In this document: positions 1 through 15,700 of the stretch, in pieces
How the letters are laid out: each line of letters starts with the position of its first letter
Position numbering within the stretch: position 1 is the first letter of the stretch
Source of the DNA: Eledone cirrhosa
Lineage: Eukaryota
DNA: 64,000 nt
Reading direction: 5' to 3'
Assembly: GCA_964016885.1 (NCBI GenBank)
Contig: OZ024747.1
Span: 12,214,001-12,278,000, forward strand
The notes under the pieces: model-generated
Told to the model about the DNA's origin: nothing
The model's input: the letters and a program-made list of their open reading frames with translations, nothing else
The model's database searches: none
Made by a program: the position numbers and the translations under genes

Positions 1-73
1 ATTCATGATACAAAAATGTTGTGAAAACATTTAATTAAAAAATAAAAATAGATCAAATATGGCCGACACTTAC

Positions 74-186
74 CTTTGCTGTTATCGCATTTTCACATTT
101 CAGTAAGAACCGGCCATCTCTCATGTCAGTACCCCAGTTCAGTTGAATCACAAGAGGCAACTCATTCTCTGTTAGTTTCCTTTCAT
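74..186 (-). CDS. AFDN: Afadin/canoe coding exon, C-terminal part of RA1 domain (next exon)
   Basis: Not in the ORF track. Acceptor ttttccAG (188-187), donor AAG|GTAAGT (73-68). 113 nt in phase 1: G+AT gives Asp, then ERKLTENELPLVIQLNWGTDMRDGRFLLKCENAITAK, matching afadin ERRL..E.PLVVQLNW..DREGRFVLKNE. Phase matches the upstream exon exactly. Confidence 0.95.
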
Positions 187-653
187 CTGGAAAATTAAAA
201 GAAAAAAAAATACAAAATTTATTTTGAAGAAAGTAAAATAAATCAATATAATAAAAAGGAGCTAACTGTCAGACTGAATCAAGGAAACAATGTTTCCATT
301 GATCTTTCTATTGCTGATATCGTCTGTCATTTGCAACTCCTGGTAGAAGCAGCACCGTTTTTCTGTTCACAGGAGGTGAGATTTGAACCCAATGTACAGA
401 ACTATAACAGATACAACAAAACATCCCATCCTGACTCTCTAACAATTCCAACAATCCTTAGCCCGATCCATGCAAATATTAAAAGCAAAGTTGACTTCAA
501 CAGGATTTGAACTCAAATCACAGAGAGCTGAAACAAATACTAAGACATTTAAACCAATATTCTAACAACTTTGCCAATTTGCAACATATCATTTATCATC
601 TGTTTTTCCCTGCAAGCAAGGGTTGGACAAATAGCAGGGAAAACAAACAGTAA

Positions 654-1202
654 CCCGTTAGCATTTATATTACTCTCTATATATATATCATCATCATCAT
701 CATTTCATTTCACGTCCGCTTTTTCCCTGCTTGCAAAGGGTGGGATGGAAACTTATTCTGGCTTGATTTCTACGGCTGGATGCCCTTCCTAACACCAACC
801 TCATTACCAGTGAGTGCTGGGTGCTTTTTTGCCGTGGCACCTCCACGACCACTTTGCATTTCTACAGCTGAGTAAATTGGAGCAATGTGAAATAAAGTGT
901 CTTGCTCAAGGAAACAACACATCACCCTGTCTGAGAATTGAACTCACAACCTTTCGATTGCAAGTATGTATGCATATATATAGTATGTATATATATATAT
1001 TTATATACATACTATTGTGTTTTTGTGGTAAAGGCTTTATCTTACATAATTATCTCACATAATATCGAATCTACAAGATTTTGATGTTATTTATTTTGAG
1101 AACAATACCTTAACATCAGTATGAGCAGCCAGTTATGGCCAGTTTGAACAGAAATAGATGAGAGAAATCTGGATGGATATGGCTGGTTTAAATGCTAAAG
1201 GG
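654..1202. mobile_element. piggyBac-like MITE (family A) interrupted by a SINE and (TA)n
   Basis: Ends CCCGTTAGCATTTA and TAAATGCTAAAGGG-TTAA; body colinear with the copy at 34367-34584. Confidence 0.75.
687..963 (-). mobile_element. Same SINE family, 5'-truncated, nested inside a TTAA MITE
   Basis: High similarity to 26345-26652, including B box, CORE, GTTAGGAAGGGCATCC and the RTE tail. Confidence 0.88.
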
Positions 1203-2191
1203 TTAATAACTGCATTGTTTCTTTCCAGAGCCATGTTGGAAAATAAACCTCATTTAGTCATTTCATGAGAGTATCTTGGTCAGCCTATGAACTTTTCAGT
1301 CGAGGTAAGAAAGAGGTGAGATAATTCTGGCCAGATACGGTCAGTTTAAATGCTGAACGGTTAAATGATGATATGTGAAAACTAGCAAAACTGTTAAAGC
1401 ATCAGATTAAATTAGTGTTCATTGCAGCTCTCTCTGCTCTGAGTTCAAATCTTGCTGAGGTCAATAATAATGGAAAGTTGAATTAAGCAACCTTCACTTA
1501 ATTCTAGAGTTTCTACATTTATATTTCCTGCCCAGCTCAACTTCTCTAGAACCATTTCTCTATAGACTTCATTTTCTCAACAGTAATTTCATCTGAATAC
1601 TTAAACTAAATTAAGTAATCTCTTTGCAGTCATCAAATATGCTGGAAATAGAAGACAAATCTCCTTCAAATCCTATCCCACAATTGTAAAGAAGGCAGAA
1701 CACCTTCAATAATGTGGTCCTAAATGAACTATGCCTAAAAGAATATATATAAAGACATATATAAACATAAACACAGGGTGTAAATATCAGCAAAAAAAAA
1801 AAAAATCCAGTGTTTACAAAGTCGTTTGAGATATTTTTTCTATACCGAGTTAAAAATACTTGTCACTTCCCCACAGTCAGAAATATGATGAACCAGTGAT
1901 TGATTGGTTTATTGGAAACCTATAACCAATTACAAATGGGTATCTGTTTTTATATTTTATATCAGTCTATATTTGCTCTAACATATAGCAGTAATAGTAG
2001 CAGTAATAGCTTGTACAACATACAGAAAACAGCACTACTAGGCACTGCACACATTACAAAAAGTACTTTTAATACATTCAAAACCACAACACCAAAAACT
2101 GCATATTTCCAAGGTACATAGAACTGTGCTCAGTAACAGTGACAGCAAGTAAAATAAAAATAAGACAACTACTACTACTAACAATAATAAT

Positions 2192-2380
2192 AATTGTTTC
2201 TACTTTAGGCACAAGGCCAGCAATTACCCAGTGCATTACTGGTACTTTATTTTATCGACCCCGTAAGGATGAAAGGCAAAGTCAACCTCGGCGGGATTTG
2301 AACTCAGATCGTAAAGGGACGTAACTATGCTAGAAAGCATGGCGTCCGACCCTCTACCGATACTGCCAATCCACCGCCCT
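2192..2380 (-). mobile_element. Full-length tRNA SINE with Meta-like core (young family)
   Basis: B box GTTCAAATC; core GCCTTTCATCCTTACGGGGTCGATAAAATAAAGTACCAG; AATAATAAT on both sides; more than 10 related copies in the window. Confidence 0.88.
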
Positions 2381-3168
2381 AATAATAATGATAATAAAAC
2401 TGAATTAAGATAAAGACAACACTATAAAAAAAGAAAATTCTATTTTTTGTAATTAAATAACAATTATGATGATGGAAAACGGAAATAACTAAGAATATAA
2501 AGATTTATTTGTTTCCCCTAAATTGTGTTACAATAGAAAAACGTCATCGACTTAGAAAGTGTTTTGATTGTTAATTGGAGAGAAATAATTAAATTACAGT
2601 AATTTGTCTCCCTCAATCTACTACATGGGGGAGAAGTAGGGTGGGTGGGGGTATTGGTAAGGGTGGGTGGGGTGTTGGTTGGGGTGGGTGGGGTGGGGTG
2701 TTGGTTGGGGTGTGGGGGGGGGGGGGTTGCAGGGAGTTAAAGAATGTGTCATTGGTGACTGAAATAATTGGAGAATAAAACTGGTGGGTGGGTGGGGGGG
2801 TGAAGAGTTGAAGTTGGTGGAGGGGGGAATAGGACTGAAGGTGGTGATGGGAGGGTGGTGCAGTAGGGTAGGAAATAATGAGACAAATAAAAACATAACT
2901 GCAACAGAAGCAGCAGCAACAACAACAAAATATACAAGTATTTAAAATATAAATAAATATAACATTCGAGTCTTTCTTAAAGAATTAAAAGAAAGTAGAT
3001 ATATTACTTTACTATTTTATTTTCTAGAATGGTATTTTTATTTTTTTTAAATATTTTTTGGGGGAAAAAAACTTAAAATTAAATAAATAAATAAATAAAT
3101 AAATATGGAAGTTGAGAAAGAAAAAGAAGAATGTAATATCATGTCATGTTGTAAAGGTATCAGAGATT

Positions 3169-6100
3169 ACAACAGTGACATCACAGCAGTGGCATTGCAG
3201 CAGTGACATTGCAGCAGTGACATCACAGCAGTGACATCACAACAGTGACATCACAGCAGTGGCATTGCAGCAGTGACATTGCAGCAGAGACATCACAGCA
3301 GTGACATCACAACAGTGACATCACAACAGTGACATTGCAGCAGTGGCATCGCAGCAGAGACATCACAACAGAGACATCACAGCAGTGACATCGCAGCAGT
3401 GGCATCGCAGCAGAGACATCACAACAGTGACATCACAACAGTGACATTGCAGCAGTGACATCACAGCAGTGACATTGCAGCAGAGACATCACAACAGAGA
3501 CATCGCAGCAGAGACATCACAACAGTGACATCACAGCAGAGACATCACAGCAGAGACATCGCAGCAGAGACATCGCAGCAGTGACATTGCAGCAGAGACA
3601 TCACAACAGAGACATCACAGCAGAGACATCACAACAGTGACATCACAGCAGAGACATCACAGCAGAGACATCACAACAGTGACATCACAGCAGAGACATC
3701 ACAGCAGTGACATCGCAGCAGAGACATCACAGCAGAGACATCACAGCAGAGACATCACAACAGTGACATCACAGCAGAGACATCACAGCAGTGACATCGC
3801 AGCAGAGTCATCACAGCAGAGACATCACAACAGTGACATTGCAACAGTGACATCACAGCAGTGACATTGCAGCAGAGACATCACAACAGAGACATCACAA
3901 CAGTGACATCACAACAGTGACATTGCAGCAGAGACATCACAGCAGAGACATCACAGCAGAGACATCGCAGCAGAGACATCGCAGCAGTGACATTGCAGCA
4001 GAGACATCACAACAGTGACATCGCAGCAGAGACATCACAGCAGAGACATCGCAGCAGTGACATCACAACAGTGACATCGCAGCAGTGACATCACAGCAGA
4101 GACATCACAGCAGAGACATTGCAGCAGAGACATCACAACAGAGACATCACAGCAGTGACATCGCAGCAGAGACATCACAACAGAGACATCACAGCAGAGA
4201 CATCGCAGCAGAGACATCACAACAGAGACATCACAACAGAGACATCACAGCAGTGACATTGCAGCAGAGACATCACAGCAGAGACATCACAACAGTGACA
4301 TCACAGCAGAGACATCACAGCAGAGACATCACAGCAGAGACATCACAACAGTGACATCACAGCAGAGACATCACAGCAGTGACATCACAACAGTGACATC
4401 GCAGCAGTGACATTGCAGCAGTGACATCGCAGCAGTGACATCGCAGCAGCGACATCACAACAGAGACATCACAGCAGAGACATCACAGCAGAGGCATCAC
4501 AGCAGAGACATCACAGCAGAGACATCGCAGCAGTGACATCACAGCAGAGACATCGCAGCAGAGACATCGCAGCAGTGACATCACAGCAGAGACATCACAG
4601 CAGTGACATCACAACAGTGACATCACAACAGTGACATCACAACAGTGACATCACAGCAGAGACATTGCAGCAGTGACATCACAGCAGAGACATCGCAGCA
4701 GAGACATCACAGCAGTGACATTGCAGCAGAGACATCACAGCAGAGACATCACAGCAGTGACATTGCAGCAGTGACATCACAGCAGAGACATCACAACAGT
4801 GACATTGCAGCAGTGGCATTGCAGCAGAGACATCGCAGCAGAGACATCGCAGCAGAGACATCACAACAGTGACATCACAACAGTGACATCACAACAGTGA
4901 CATCACAGCAGAGACATTGCAGCAGTGACATCACAACAGTGACATCACAACAGTGACATCGCAGCAGAGACATCGCAGCAGTGACATCGCAGCAGAGACA
5001 TCGCAGCAAAGACATCACAACAGAGACATCGCAACAGTGACATTGCAGCAGAGACATCACAACAGTGACATCACAGCAGAGACATCGCAGCAAAGACATC
5101 GCAGCAGTGACATCGCAGCAGTGACATCACAGCAGTGACATCACAGCAGAGACATCACAACAGTGACATCGCAGCAGAGACATCGCAACAGTGACATCGC
5201 AGCAGTGACATCGCAGCAAAGACATCGCAGCAGTGACATCACAGCAGTGACATCACAGCAGAGACATCACAGCAGTGACATCACAACAGTGACATCACAA
5301 CAGTGACATCACAACAGTGACATCACAGCAGAGACATTGCAGCAGTGACATCACAGCAGAGACATCACAGCAGAGACATCGCAGCAGAGACATCGCAGCA
5401 GAGACATCACAGCAGTGACATCACAGCAGAGACATTGCAGCAGTGACATCACAGCAGAGACATCACAGCAGAGACATCGCAGCAGAGACATCACAGCAGT
5501 GACATCACAGCAGAGACATCACAACAGAGACATCACAACAGAGACATCACAACAGTGACATCACAACAGTGACATCACAACAGTGACATCACAGCAGTGA
5601 CATCACAGCAGTGACATCGCAGCAGTGACATCACAGCAGTGACATCACAGCAGTGACATTGCAGCAGTGACATCACAGCAGTGACATCACAACAGAGGCA
5701 TCACAACAGAGACATCACAGCAGAGACATCACAGCAGTGACATCACAGCAGAGACATCACAACAGAGACATTGCAACAGTGACATCACAACAGAGACATC
5801 GCAACAGTGACATCGCAGCAGTGACATTGCAGCAGTGACATCACAGCAGTGACATCACAGCAGAGACATCACAGCAGAGACATCGCAGCAGTGACATCAC
5901 AACAGAGACATCACAGCAGTGACATCACAGCAGTGACATCACAGCAGAGACATCACAGCAGAGACATCGCAGCAGAGACATCGCAGCAGAGACATCACAA
6001 CAGAGACATCACAGCAGTGACATCACAGCAGTGACATCGCAGCAGTGACATCACAGCAGTGACATCACAGCAGTGACATCGCAGCAGTGACATCACAGCA

Positions 6101-9100
6101 GAGACATCACAGCAGAGACATCGCAGCAGAGACATCGCAGCAGAGACATCACAACAGAGACATTGCAACAGTGACATCACAACAGAGACATCGCAACAGT
6201 GACATCGCAGCAGTGACATTGCAGCAGTGACATCACAGCAGAGACATCACAGCAGAGACATCGCAGCAGAGACATCGCAGCAGAGACATCACAACAGAGA
6301 CATTGCAGCAGAGACATCACAACAGAGACATCACAGCAGTGACATCGCAACAGTGACATTGCAGCAGAGACATCACAGCAGAGACATCACAGCAGAGACA
6401 TCACAACAGAGACATTGCAGCAGAGACATCACAACAGAGACATCACAGCAGTGACATCGCAACAGTGACATTGCAGCAGAGACATCACAGCAGAGACATC
6501 ACAACAGAGACATCACAGCAGTGACATCGCAACAGTGACATTGCAGCAGAGACATCACAGCAGAGACATCACAGCAGAGACATCACAGCAGAGACATCAC
6601 AGCAGAGACATCGCAGCAGAGACATTGCAGCAGAGACATCACAACAGAGACATCACAACAGAGACATCACAACAGTGACATTGCAGCAGAGACATCACAG
6701 CAGAGACATCACAGCAGAGACATCACAGCAGAGACATCACAGCAGAGACATCACAGCAGAGACATCACAGCAGAGACATCACAGCAGAGACATCGCAGCA
6801 GAGACATCACAGCAGAGACATCACAGCAGAGACATCACAGCAGTGACATTGCAGCAGTGACATTGCAGCAGAGACATTGCAGCAGAGACATCACAGCAGT
6901 GACATTGCAGCAGTGACATTGCAGCAGAGACATCACAGCAGAGACATCACAACAGTGACATTGCAGCAGTGACATTGCAGCAGAGACATCACAGCAGTGA
7001 CATTGCAGCAGTGACATTGCAGCAGAGACATCACAGCAGTGACATTGCAGCAGTGACATTGCAGCAGTGACATTGCAGCAGAGACATCACAGCAGAGACA
7101 TCACAACAGTGACATTGCAGCAGTGACATCGCAGCAGTGACATCACAGCAGAGACATCACAACAGTGACATTGCAGCAGTGACATTGCAGCAGAGACATC
7201 ACAGCAGTGACATTGCAGCAGTGACATTGCAGCAGTGACATTGCAGCAGAGACATCACAGCAGAGACATCACAACAGTGACATTGCAGCAGTGACATCGC
7301 AGCAGTGACATCACAGCAGAGACATCACAACAGTGACATTGCAGCAGTGACATTGCAGCAGAGACATTGCAGCAGAGACATCACAACAGAGACATCACAG
7401 CAGAGACATCGCAGCAGTGACATCACAGCAGTGACATTGCAGCAGTGACATTGCAGCAGAGACATCACAGCAGTGACATCGCAGCAGTGACATCGCAGCA
7501 GTGACATCACAGCAGTGACATCACAACAGTGACATCGCAACAGTGACATCACAACAGTGACATCGCAGCAGTGACATCACAGCAAAGACATCACAGCAGT
7601 GACATCACAGCAGTGACATCGCAGCAGTGACATCACAACAGTGACATCGCAGCAGTGACATCACAGCAAAGACATCACAGCAGTGACATTGCAGCAGTGA
7701 CATTGCAGCAGAGACATCACAGCAGTGACATTGCAGCAGTGACATTGCAGCAGAGACATCACAGCAGTGACATTGCAGCAGTGACATTGCAGCAGAGACA
7801 TCACAGCAGTGACATTGCAGCAGTGACATTGCAGCAGAGACATCACAGCAGTGACATTGCAGCAGAGACATCACAGCAGTGACATCACAGCAGTGACATC
7901 GCAGCAGAGACATCACAGCAGTGACATTGCAGCAGTGACATTGCAGCAGTGACATCGCAGCAGAGACATCAGAGCAGTGACATTGCAGCAGTGACATCGC
8001 AGCAGAGACATTGCAGCAGAGACATCACAGCAGAGACATTGCAACAGTGACATTGCAGCAAAGACATCACAACAGTGACATCACAACAGAGACATTGCAG
8101 CAGTGACATCACAGCAGTGACATCACAGCAGTGACATTGCAGCAGTGACATTGCAGCAAAGACATCACAACAGTGACATCACAACAGAGACATTGCAGCA
8201 GTGACATCACAGCAGTGACATCACAACAGTGACATCACAGCAGAGACATCGCAGCAGAGACATCGCAGCAGAGACATCACAACAGAGACATCGCAGCAAA
8301 GACATCGCAGCAGTGACATCGCAACAGAGACATCACAACAGTGACATTGCAGCAGTGACATCACAACAGAGACATCGCAACAGTGACATCGCAGCAAAGA
8401 CATCGCAGCAGAGACATCACAACAGTGACATTGCAGCAGAGACATCACAACAGTGACATCACAACAGAGACATCACAACAGAGACATCACAACAGAGACA
8501 TCACAACAGAGACATCACAACAGTGACATCACAACAGAGACATCACAACAGTGACATCACAACAGTGACATCACAACAGAGACATCACAGCAGAGACATC
8601 ACAGCAGAGACATCACAGCAGAGACATCACAACAGTGACATCACAACAGAGACATCACAACAGTGACATCACAACAGAGGCATCACAACAGAGACATCAC
8701 AGCAGAGACATCACAACAGAGACATCACAACAGAGACATCACAACAGTGACATCACAACAGTGACATCACAACAGTGACATCACAACAGAGGCATCACAA
8801 CAGAGACATCACAGCAGAGACATCACAACAGAGACATCACAACAGAGACATCGCAACAGTGACATCACAGCAGTGACATCACAGCAGTGACATCACAACA
8901 GAGACATCGCAGCAAAGACATCGCAGCAGTGACATCGCAACAGAGACATCACAGCAGTGACATCACAGCAGTGACATCACAACAGAGACATCACAGCAGT
9001 GACATCACAGCAGTGACATCACAACAGAGACATCGCAGCAGTGACATCGCAACAGAGACATCACAGCAGTGACATCGCAGCAGTGACATCACAGCAGTGA

Positions 9101-9950
9101 CATCACAGCAGTGACATCACAACAGAGACATCACAGCAGAGACATCACAGCAGAGACATCACAACAGTGACATCGCAACAGAGACATTGCAGCAGAGACA
9201 TCACAACAGTGACATCACAACAGAGACATCACAACAGAGACATCACAACAGAGACATCACAACAGAGACATCACAACAGAGACATCACAACAGAGACATC
9301 ACAACAGAGACATCACAACAGTGACATCACAACAGTGACATCACAACAGAGACATCACAACAGTGACATCACAACAGTGACATCACAACAGAGACATCAC
9401 AGCAGAGACATCACAGCAGAGACATCACAACAGTGACATCACAACAGAGACATCACAACAGTGACATCACAACAGTGACATCACAACAGAGGCATCACAA
9501 CAGAGACATCACAGCAGAGACATCACAACAGAGACATCACAACAGAGACATCACAACAGTGACATCACAACAGTGACATCACAACAGTGACATCACAACA
9601 GAGACATCACAACAGAGACATCACAGCAGAGACATCACAACAGAGACATCACAACAGAGACATCACAACAGAGACATCACAACAGAGACATCACAACAGA
9701 GACATCACAACAGAGACATCGCAACAGTGACATCGCAGCAAAGACATCACAACAGTGACATCACAACAGAGACATCACAACAGAGACATCACAACAGAGA
9801 CATCACAACAGAGACATCACAACAGTGACATCACAACAGAGACATCACAACAGAGACATCACAACAGTGACATCACAACAGAGACATCACAACAGTGACA
9901 TCACAACAGAGACATCACAACAGAGACATCACAACAGTGACATCACAACA
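3169..9950. repeat. 14-bp minisatellite array, ~6.8 kb (~480 units)
   Basis: Unit CAGWGACAT(CA/CG/TG)CAR. Confidence 0.98.
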
Positions 9951-10282
9951 TATTCACAGCTATGCAGAGGTACTTTCTTCCGAAATAACGAAGACATTAA
10001 AAGGTACAACCACCATCACTATTACTGCTATTAGTGGTGGTAGTAGTAGTAGTAGTGGCAATAATAGTGGTGGCTGTAGTAGTAGTGGTGGTAGTAATAG
10101 TGGTGGATGTAGTAGTAGTGGTGGTATAATAGTGGTGGATGTAGTAGTAGTGGTGGTATAATAGTGGTGGTAGTAGTGGTAGTAACAAAAACAACAACAA
10201 CAGTATACATTCCTCTTTAATATGCCCACAAAAATGTCACCTAAACTACTTAATACTACCATAAACAAATTAATGAATTTAT

Positions 10283-10400
10283 CTCCTGATAAAGGCTACA
10301 GGCTGCACGATTACTGCAACATAGTTTCAGAACAATCAACATAAGACAAACTAAAACTTTAGATTGATCTAGATTTTCTTTACAGCGAAACAGTAACAGC
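10283..10400 (+). other. Possible decayed hammerhead/Penelope relic next to (TA)n
   Basis: CTGATAA (core G lost) then AGGCT...~85 nt...CAGC-GAAAC-AGTA, followed by a TA microsatellite; no convincing stem I. Confidence 0.25.
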
Positions 10401-10465
10401 GAATATATTTATATATATATATATTTATATATATATATATATTTATATATGTATATAAAGTACAT

Positions 10466-11783
10466 ATGGTAATAGGCTCAGGTCAGATGTGAAATGTAAG
10501 CCTCCAAAGATAGTAATAGGGTCAGATGTGAAATGTAGGCCTCCAAAGATGGTAATAGGCTCAGGTCAGATATGAAATGTAGGCCTCCAAAGATGGTAAC
10601 AGGCTCAGGTCAGATGTGAAATGTAGGCCTCCAAAGATGGTAACAGGCTCAGGTCAGATGTGAAATGTAGGCCTCCAAAGATAGTAATAGGGTCAGATGT
10701 GAAATGTAGGCCTCCAAAGATGGTAATAGGCTCAGGTCAGATGTGAAATGTAGGCCTCCAAAGATGGTAACAGGCTCAGGTCAGATGTGAAATGTAGGCC
10801 TCCAAAGATAGTAATAGGCTCAGGTCAGATGTGAAACGTATGCCTCCAAAGATGGTAACAGGCTCAGGTCAGATGTGAAACGTAGGCCTCCAAAGATGGT
10901 AACAGGCTCAGGTCAGATGTGAAATGTAGGCCTCCAAAGATGGTAACAGGCTCAGGTCAGATGTGAAATGTAGGCCTCCAAAGATGGTAACAGGCTCAGG
11001 TCAAATGTGAAATGTAGGCCTCCAAAGATGGTAATAGGCTCAGGTCAGATGTGAAATGTAGGCCTCCAAAGATGGTAATAGGCTCAGGTCAGATGTGAAA
11101 TGTAGGCCTCCAAAGATGGTAATAGGCTCAGGTCAGATGTGAAATGTAGGCCTCCAAAGATGGTAACAGGCTCAGGTCAGATGTGAAATGTAGGCCTCCA
11201 AAGATGCTAATAGGTTCAGGTCAGATGTGAAATGTAGGCCTCCAAAGATGGTAACAGGCTCAGGTCAGATGTGAAATGTAGGCCTCCAAAGATGGTAACA
11301 GGCTCAGGTCAGATGTGAAATGTAGGCCTCCAAAGATGGTAATAGGCTCAGGTCAGATGTGAAATGTAGGCCTCCAAAGATAGTAATAGGCTCAGGTCAG
11401 ATGTGAAATGTAGGCCTCCAAAGATGGTAACAGGCTCAGGTCAGATGTGAAATGTAGGCCTCCAAAAATGGTAACAGGCTCAATTCAGATGTGAAATGTA
11501 GGCCTCCAAAAATGGTAATAGGCTCAGGTCAGATGTGAAATGTAGGCCTCCAAAGATAGTAATAGGCTCAGGTCAGATGTGAAATGTAGGCCTCCAAAGA
11601 TGGTAACAGGCTCAGGTCAGATGTGAAATGTAGGCCTCCAAAGATGGTAACAGGCTCAGGTCAGATGTGAAATGTAGGCCTCCAAAGATGGTAACAGGCT
11701 CAGGTCAAATGTGAAATGTAGGCCTCCAAAGATGGTAATAGGCTCAGGTCAAATGTGAAATGTAGGCCTCCAAAGATGGTAAT
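10466..11783. repeat. 44-bp minisatellite, ~30 units
   Basis: Unit GATGGTAAYAGGCTCAGGTCAGATGTGAAATGTAGGCCTCCAAA; two shortened variants near the left end. Confidence 0.97.
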
Positions 11784-12750
11784 TTAAATCCCTCATTTCA
11801 AACTGCTTATTAAGTATTTTAACAGTGTGTGTGTGTGTGTGCGTGCGTGTGTGTGTTTGTGTGTGTTTTATAGTTGTAACAGTTACTAAGTACATTAATC
11901 GCAAACACATTCACAAATACATCCACTCCACACTCAAACACTACACATACCACACACATACACACCATCTCCTTACACATACCACACCATCTCCTTACAC
12001 ATACCACACCAGCTCCTTACACATACTCACACACACCATCTTCAAAACACAGACACACACACAATCTCAATCACACACATACACACATGACCTATCCACA
12101 TGTAATACAGGTGAGAATACCATTGAAGTCAAGATATGAGAAATCTACCTTGACATGTTGCCATTGATTTAGATGAATTGATTTGTTCAAAAATAGAAAC
12201 AACAACAAAATCAATTATATCGAACAGGTATATAACAGGTAACACTCAAACATGCACTTGCTCTCTCAGTCTATATTTACCTGTGTAAGTCAGTCAACCA
12301 GAACAAGGGGTGTCATATAGAGTACAGGTAAGTGACAACACACACAACTGCACTTATAAACTGTCACATGTTCTCATAATGTTCTGCACCTTAACACTTG
12401 GTGTGAGGAAGGATGTTTGGTGGTGGGGTGGGGAGGGAGACGTGATGGTGGTGGGGTGTGGAGGGAGGGAGACAGGTAATGGTGGGGGTGGGGTGGGAGA
12501 CGGGTAATGGTGGAGATGGGGTGGGAGACGGGTAATGGGTAATGGTGGAGATGGGGTGGGAGACAGGTGATGGTGTTGGTGGCGGGGTGGAGGGAGGGAG
12601 ACAGGTAACGGTGGGGGCGGGGTGGGAGACAGGTGATGGTGGGGGTGGGGATGGGGAAGACAGGTGATGGTGGAGGAGGGAAACTGCTAGTGGTGGTCTT
12701 ATCGTCGATGTTTACAGCATCAATTTCCAGAGAAAACAGAATAGACATCA

Positions 12751-15700
12751 CTATGGGAGCAAGGATACACACACCTTTCTATGGGAGCAAGGATACACAC
12801 ACCTTTCTATGGAAGCAAGGATACACACACCTTTCTATGGAAGCAAGGATACACACACCTATGGGAGCAAGGATACCCATACCTTTCTATGGAAGCAAGG
12901 ATACACACACCTTTCTATGGAAGCAAGGATACACACACCTTTCTATGGAAGCAAGGATACACACACCTTTCTATGGAAGCAAGGATACACACACCTATGG
13001 AAGCAAGGATACACACACCTATGGAAGCAAGGATACACACACCTTTCTATGGAAGCAAGGATACACACACCTTTCTATGGAAGCAAGGATACACACACCT
13101 TTCTATAGAAGCAAGGATACACACACCTATGGGAGCAAGGATACCCATACCTTTCAATGGGAGCAAGGATACCCATACCTTTCTATGGGAGCAAGGATAC
13201 CCATACCTTTCTATGGGAGCAAGGATACCCATACCTTTCTATGGGAGCAAGGATACCCATACCTTTCTATGGGAGCAAGGATACACACACCTTTCTATGG
13301 GAGCAAGGATACACACACCTTTCTATGGAAGCAAGGATACACACACCTTTCTATGTGAGCAAGGATACATACACCTATGTGAGCAAGGATACCCATACCT
13401 TTCTATGGGAGCAAGGATACCCATACCTTTCTATGGGAGCAAGGATACACACACCTTTCTATGGAAGCAAGGATACACATACCGTTCTATGGGAGCAAGG
13501 ATACACACACCTTTCTATGGAAGCAAGGATACACACACCTTTCTATGGGAGCAAGGATACACACACCTTTCTATGGAAGCAAGGATACACACACCTTTCT
13601 ATGGAAGCAAGGATACACACACCTTTCTATGGAAGCAAGGATACACACACCTTTCTATGGGAGCAAGGATACACACACCTTTCTATGGAAGCAAGGATAC
13701 CCATACCTTTCTATGGGAGCAAGGATACCCATACCTTTCTATGGGAGCAAGGATACCCATACCTTTCTATGGGAGCAAGGATACCCATACCTTTCTATGG
13801 GAGCAAGGATACCCATACCTTTCTATGGGAGCAAGGATACCCATACCTTTCTATGGGAGCAAGGATACCCATACCTTTCTATGGGAGCAAGGATACACAT
13901 ACCTTTCTATGGAAGCAAGGATACCCATACCTTTCTATGGGAGCAAGGATACCCATACCTTTCTATGGGAGCAAGGATACCCATACCTTTCTATGGAAGC
14001 AAGGATACCCATACCTTTCTATGGAAGCAAGGATACACACACCTTTCTATGGGAGCAAGGATACACATACACCTATGGGAGCAAGGATACCCATACCTTT
14101 CTATGGGAGCAAGGATACACATACCTTTCTATGGGAGCAAGGATACACACACCTATGGGAGCAAGGATACACATACCTTTCTATGGAAGCAAGGATACAC
14201 ACACCTTTCTATGGAAGCAAGGATACACACACCTTTCTATGGGAGCAAGGATACACACACCTTTCTATGGGAGCAAGGATACACACACCTTTCTATGGAA
14301 GCAAGGATACACACACCTTTCTATGGGAGCAAGGATACACACACCTTTCTATGGGAGCAAGGATACACACACCTTTCTATGGAAGCAAGGATACACACAC
14401 CTTTCTATGGGAGCAAGGATACACACACCTTTCTATGGGAGCAAGGATACACACACCTTTCTATGGGAGCAAGGATACACACACCTTTCTATGGGAGCAA
14501 GGATACACATACCTTTCTATGGAAGCAAGGATACACACACCTTTCTATGGGAGCAAGGATACACACACCTTTCTATGGGAGCAAGGATACACACACCTTT
14601 CTATGGGAGCAAGGATACACATACCTTTCTATGGGAGCAAGGATACACATACCTTTCTATGGAAGCAAGGATACACATACCTTTCTATGGAAGCAAGGAT
14701 ACACACACCTTTCTATGGGAGCAAGGATACACACACCTATGGGAGCAAGGATACACACACCTTTCTATGGAAGCAAGGATACCCATACCTTTCTATGGGA
14801 GCAAGGATACACACACCTATGGGAGCAAGGATACACACACCTATGGGAGCAAGGAGACACACACCTATGGGAGCAAGGATACACACACCTTTCTATGGGA
14901 GCAAGGATACACACATCTTTCTATGGGAGCAAGGATACACATACCTTTCTATGGGAGCAAGGATACACACACCTTTCTATGGGAGCAAGGATACACACAC
15001 CTTTCTATGGGAGCAAGGATACACACACCTTTCTATGGGAGCAAGGATACACACACCTTTCTATGGGAGCAAGGATACACACACCTATGGGAGCAAGGAT
15101 ACACACACCTTTCTATGGGAGCAAGGATACACACACCTTTCTATGGGAGCAAGGATACACACACCTATGGGAGCAAGGATACACACACCTTTCTATGGGA
15201 GCAAGGATACACACACCTTTCTATGGGAGCAAGGATACACACACCTTTCTATGGGAGCAAGGATACACACACCTATGGGAGCAAGGATACACATACCTTT
15301 CTATGGAAGCAAGGATACACACACCTATGGGAGCAAAGATACACACCTTTCTATGGGAGCAAGGATACACACACCTTTCTATGGGAGCAAGGATACACAC
15401 CTTTCTATGGGAGCAAGGATACACACACCTTTCTATGGGAGCAAGGATACACACACCTTTCTATGGGAGCAAGGATACACACACCTTTCTATGGGAGCAA
15501 GGATACACACACCTTTCTATGGGAGCAAGGATACACACCTTTCTATGGGAGCAAGGATACACATACCTTTCTATGGGAGCAAGGATACACATACCTTTCT
15601 ATGGAAGCAAGGATACACACACCTTTCTATGGGAGCAAGGATACACATACCTTTCTATGGGAGCAAGGATACACATACCTTTCTATGGGAGCAAGGATAC

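Noticed and set aside
3637-10034. Cys-rich and His/Gln-rich short ORFs resembling metallothionein or keratin-associated proteins
   Set aside because: Products of the 14-bp array with frequent stops.
10466-11783. CRISPR-like appearance of the 44-bp (and 32-bp, 28-bp) repeats
   Set aside because: Head-to-tail units with no unique spacers, no cas genes, eukaryotic intron context.
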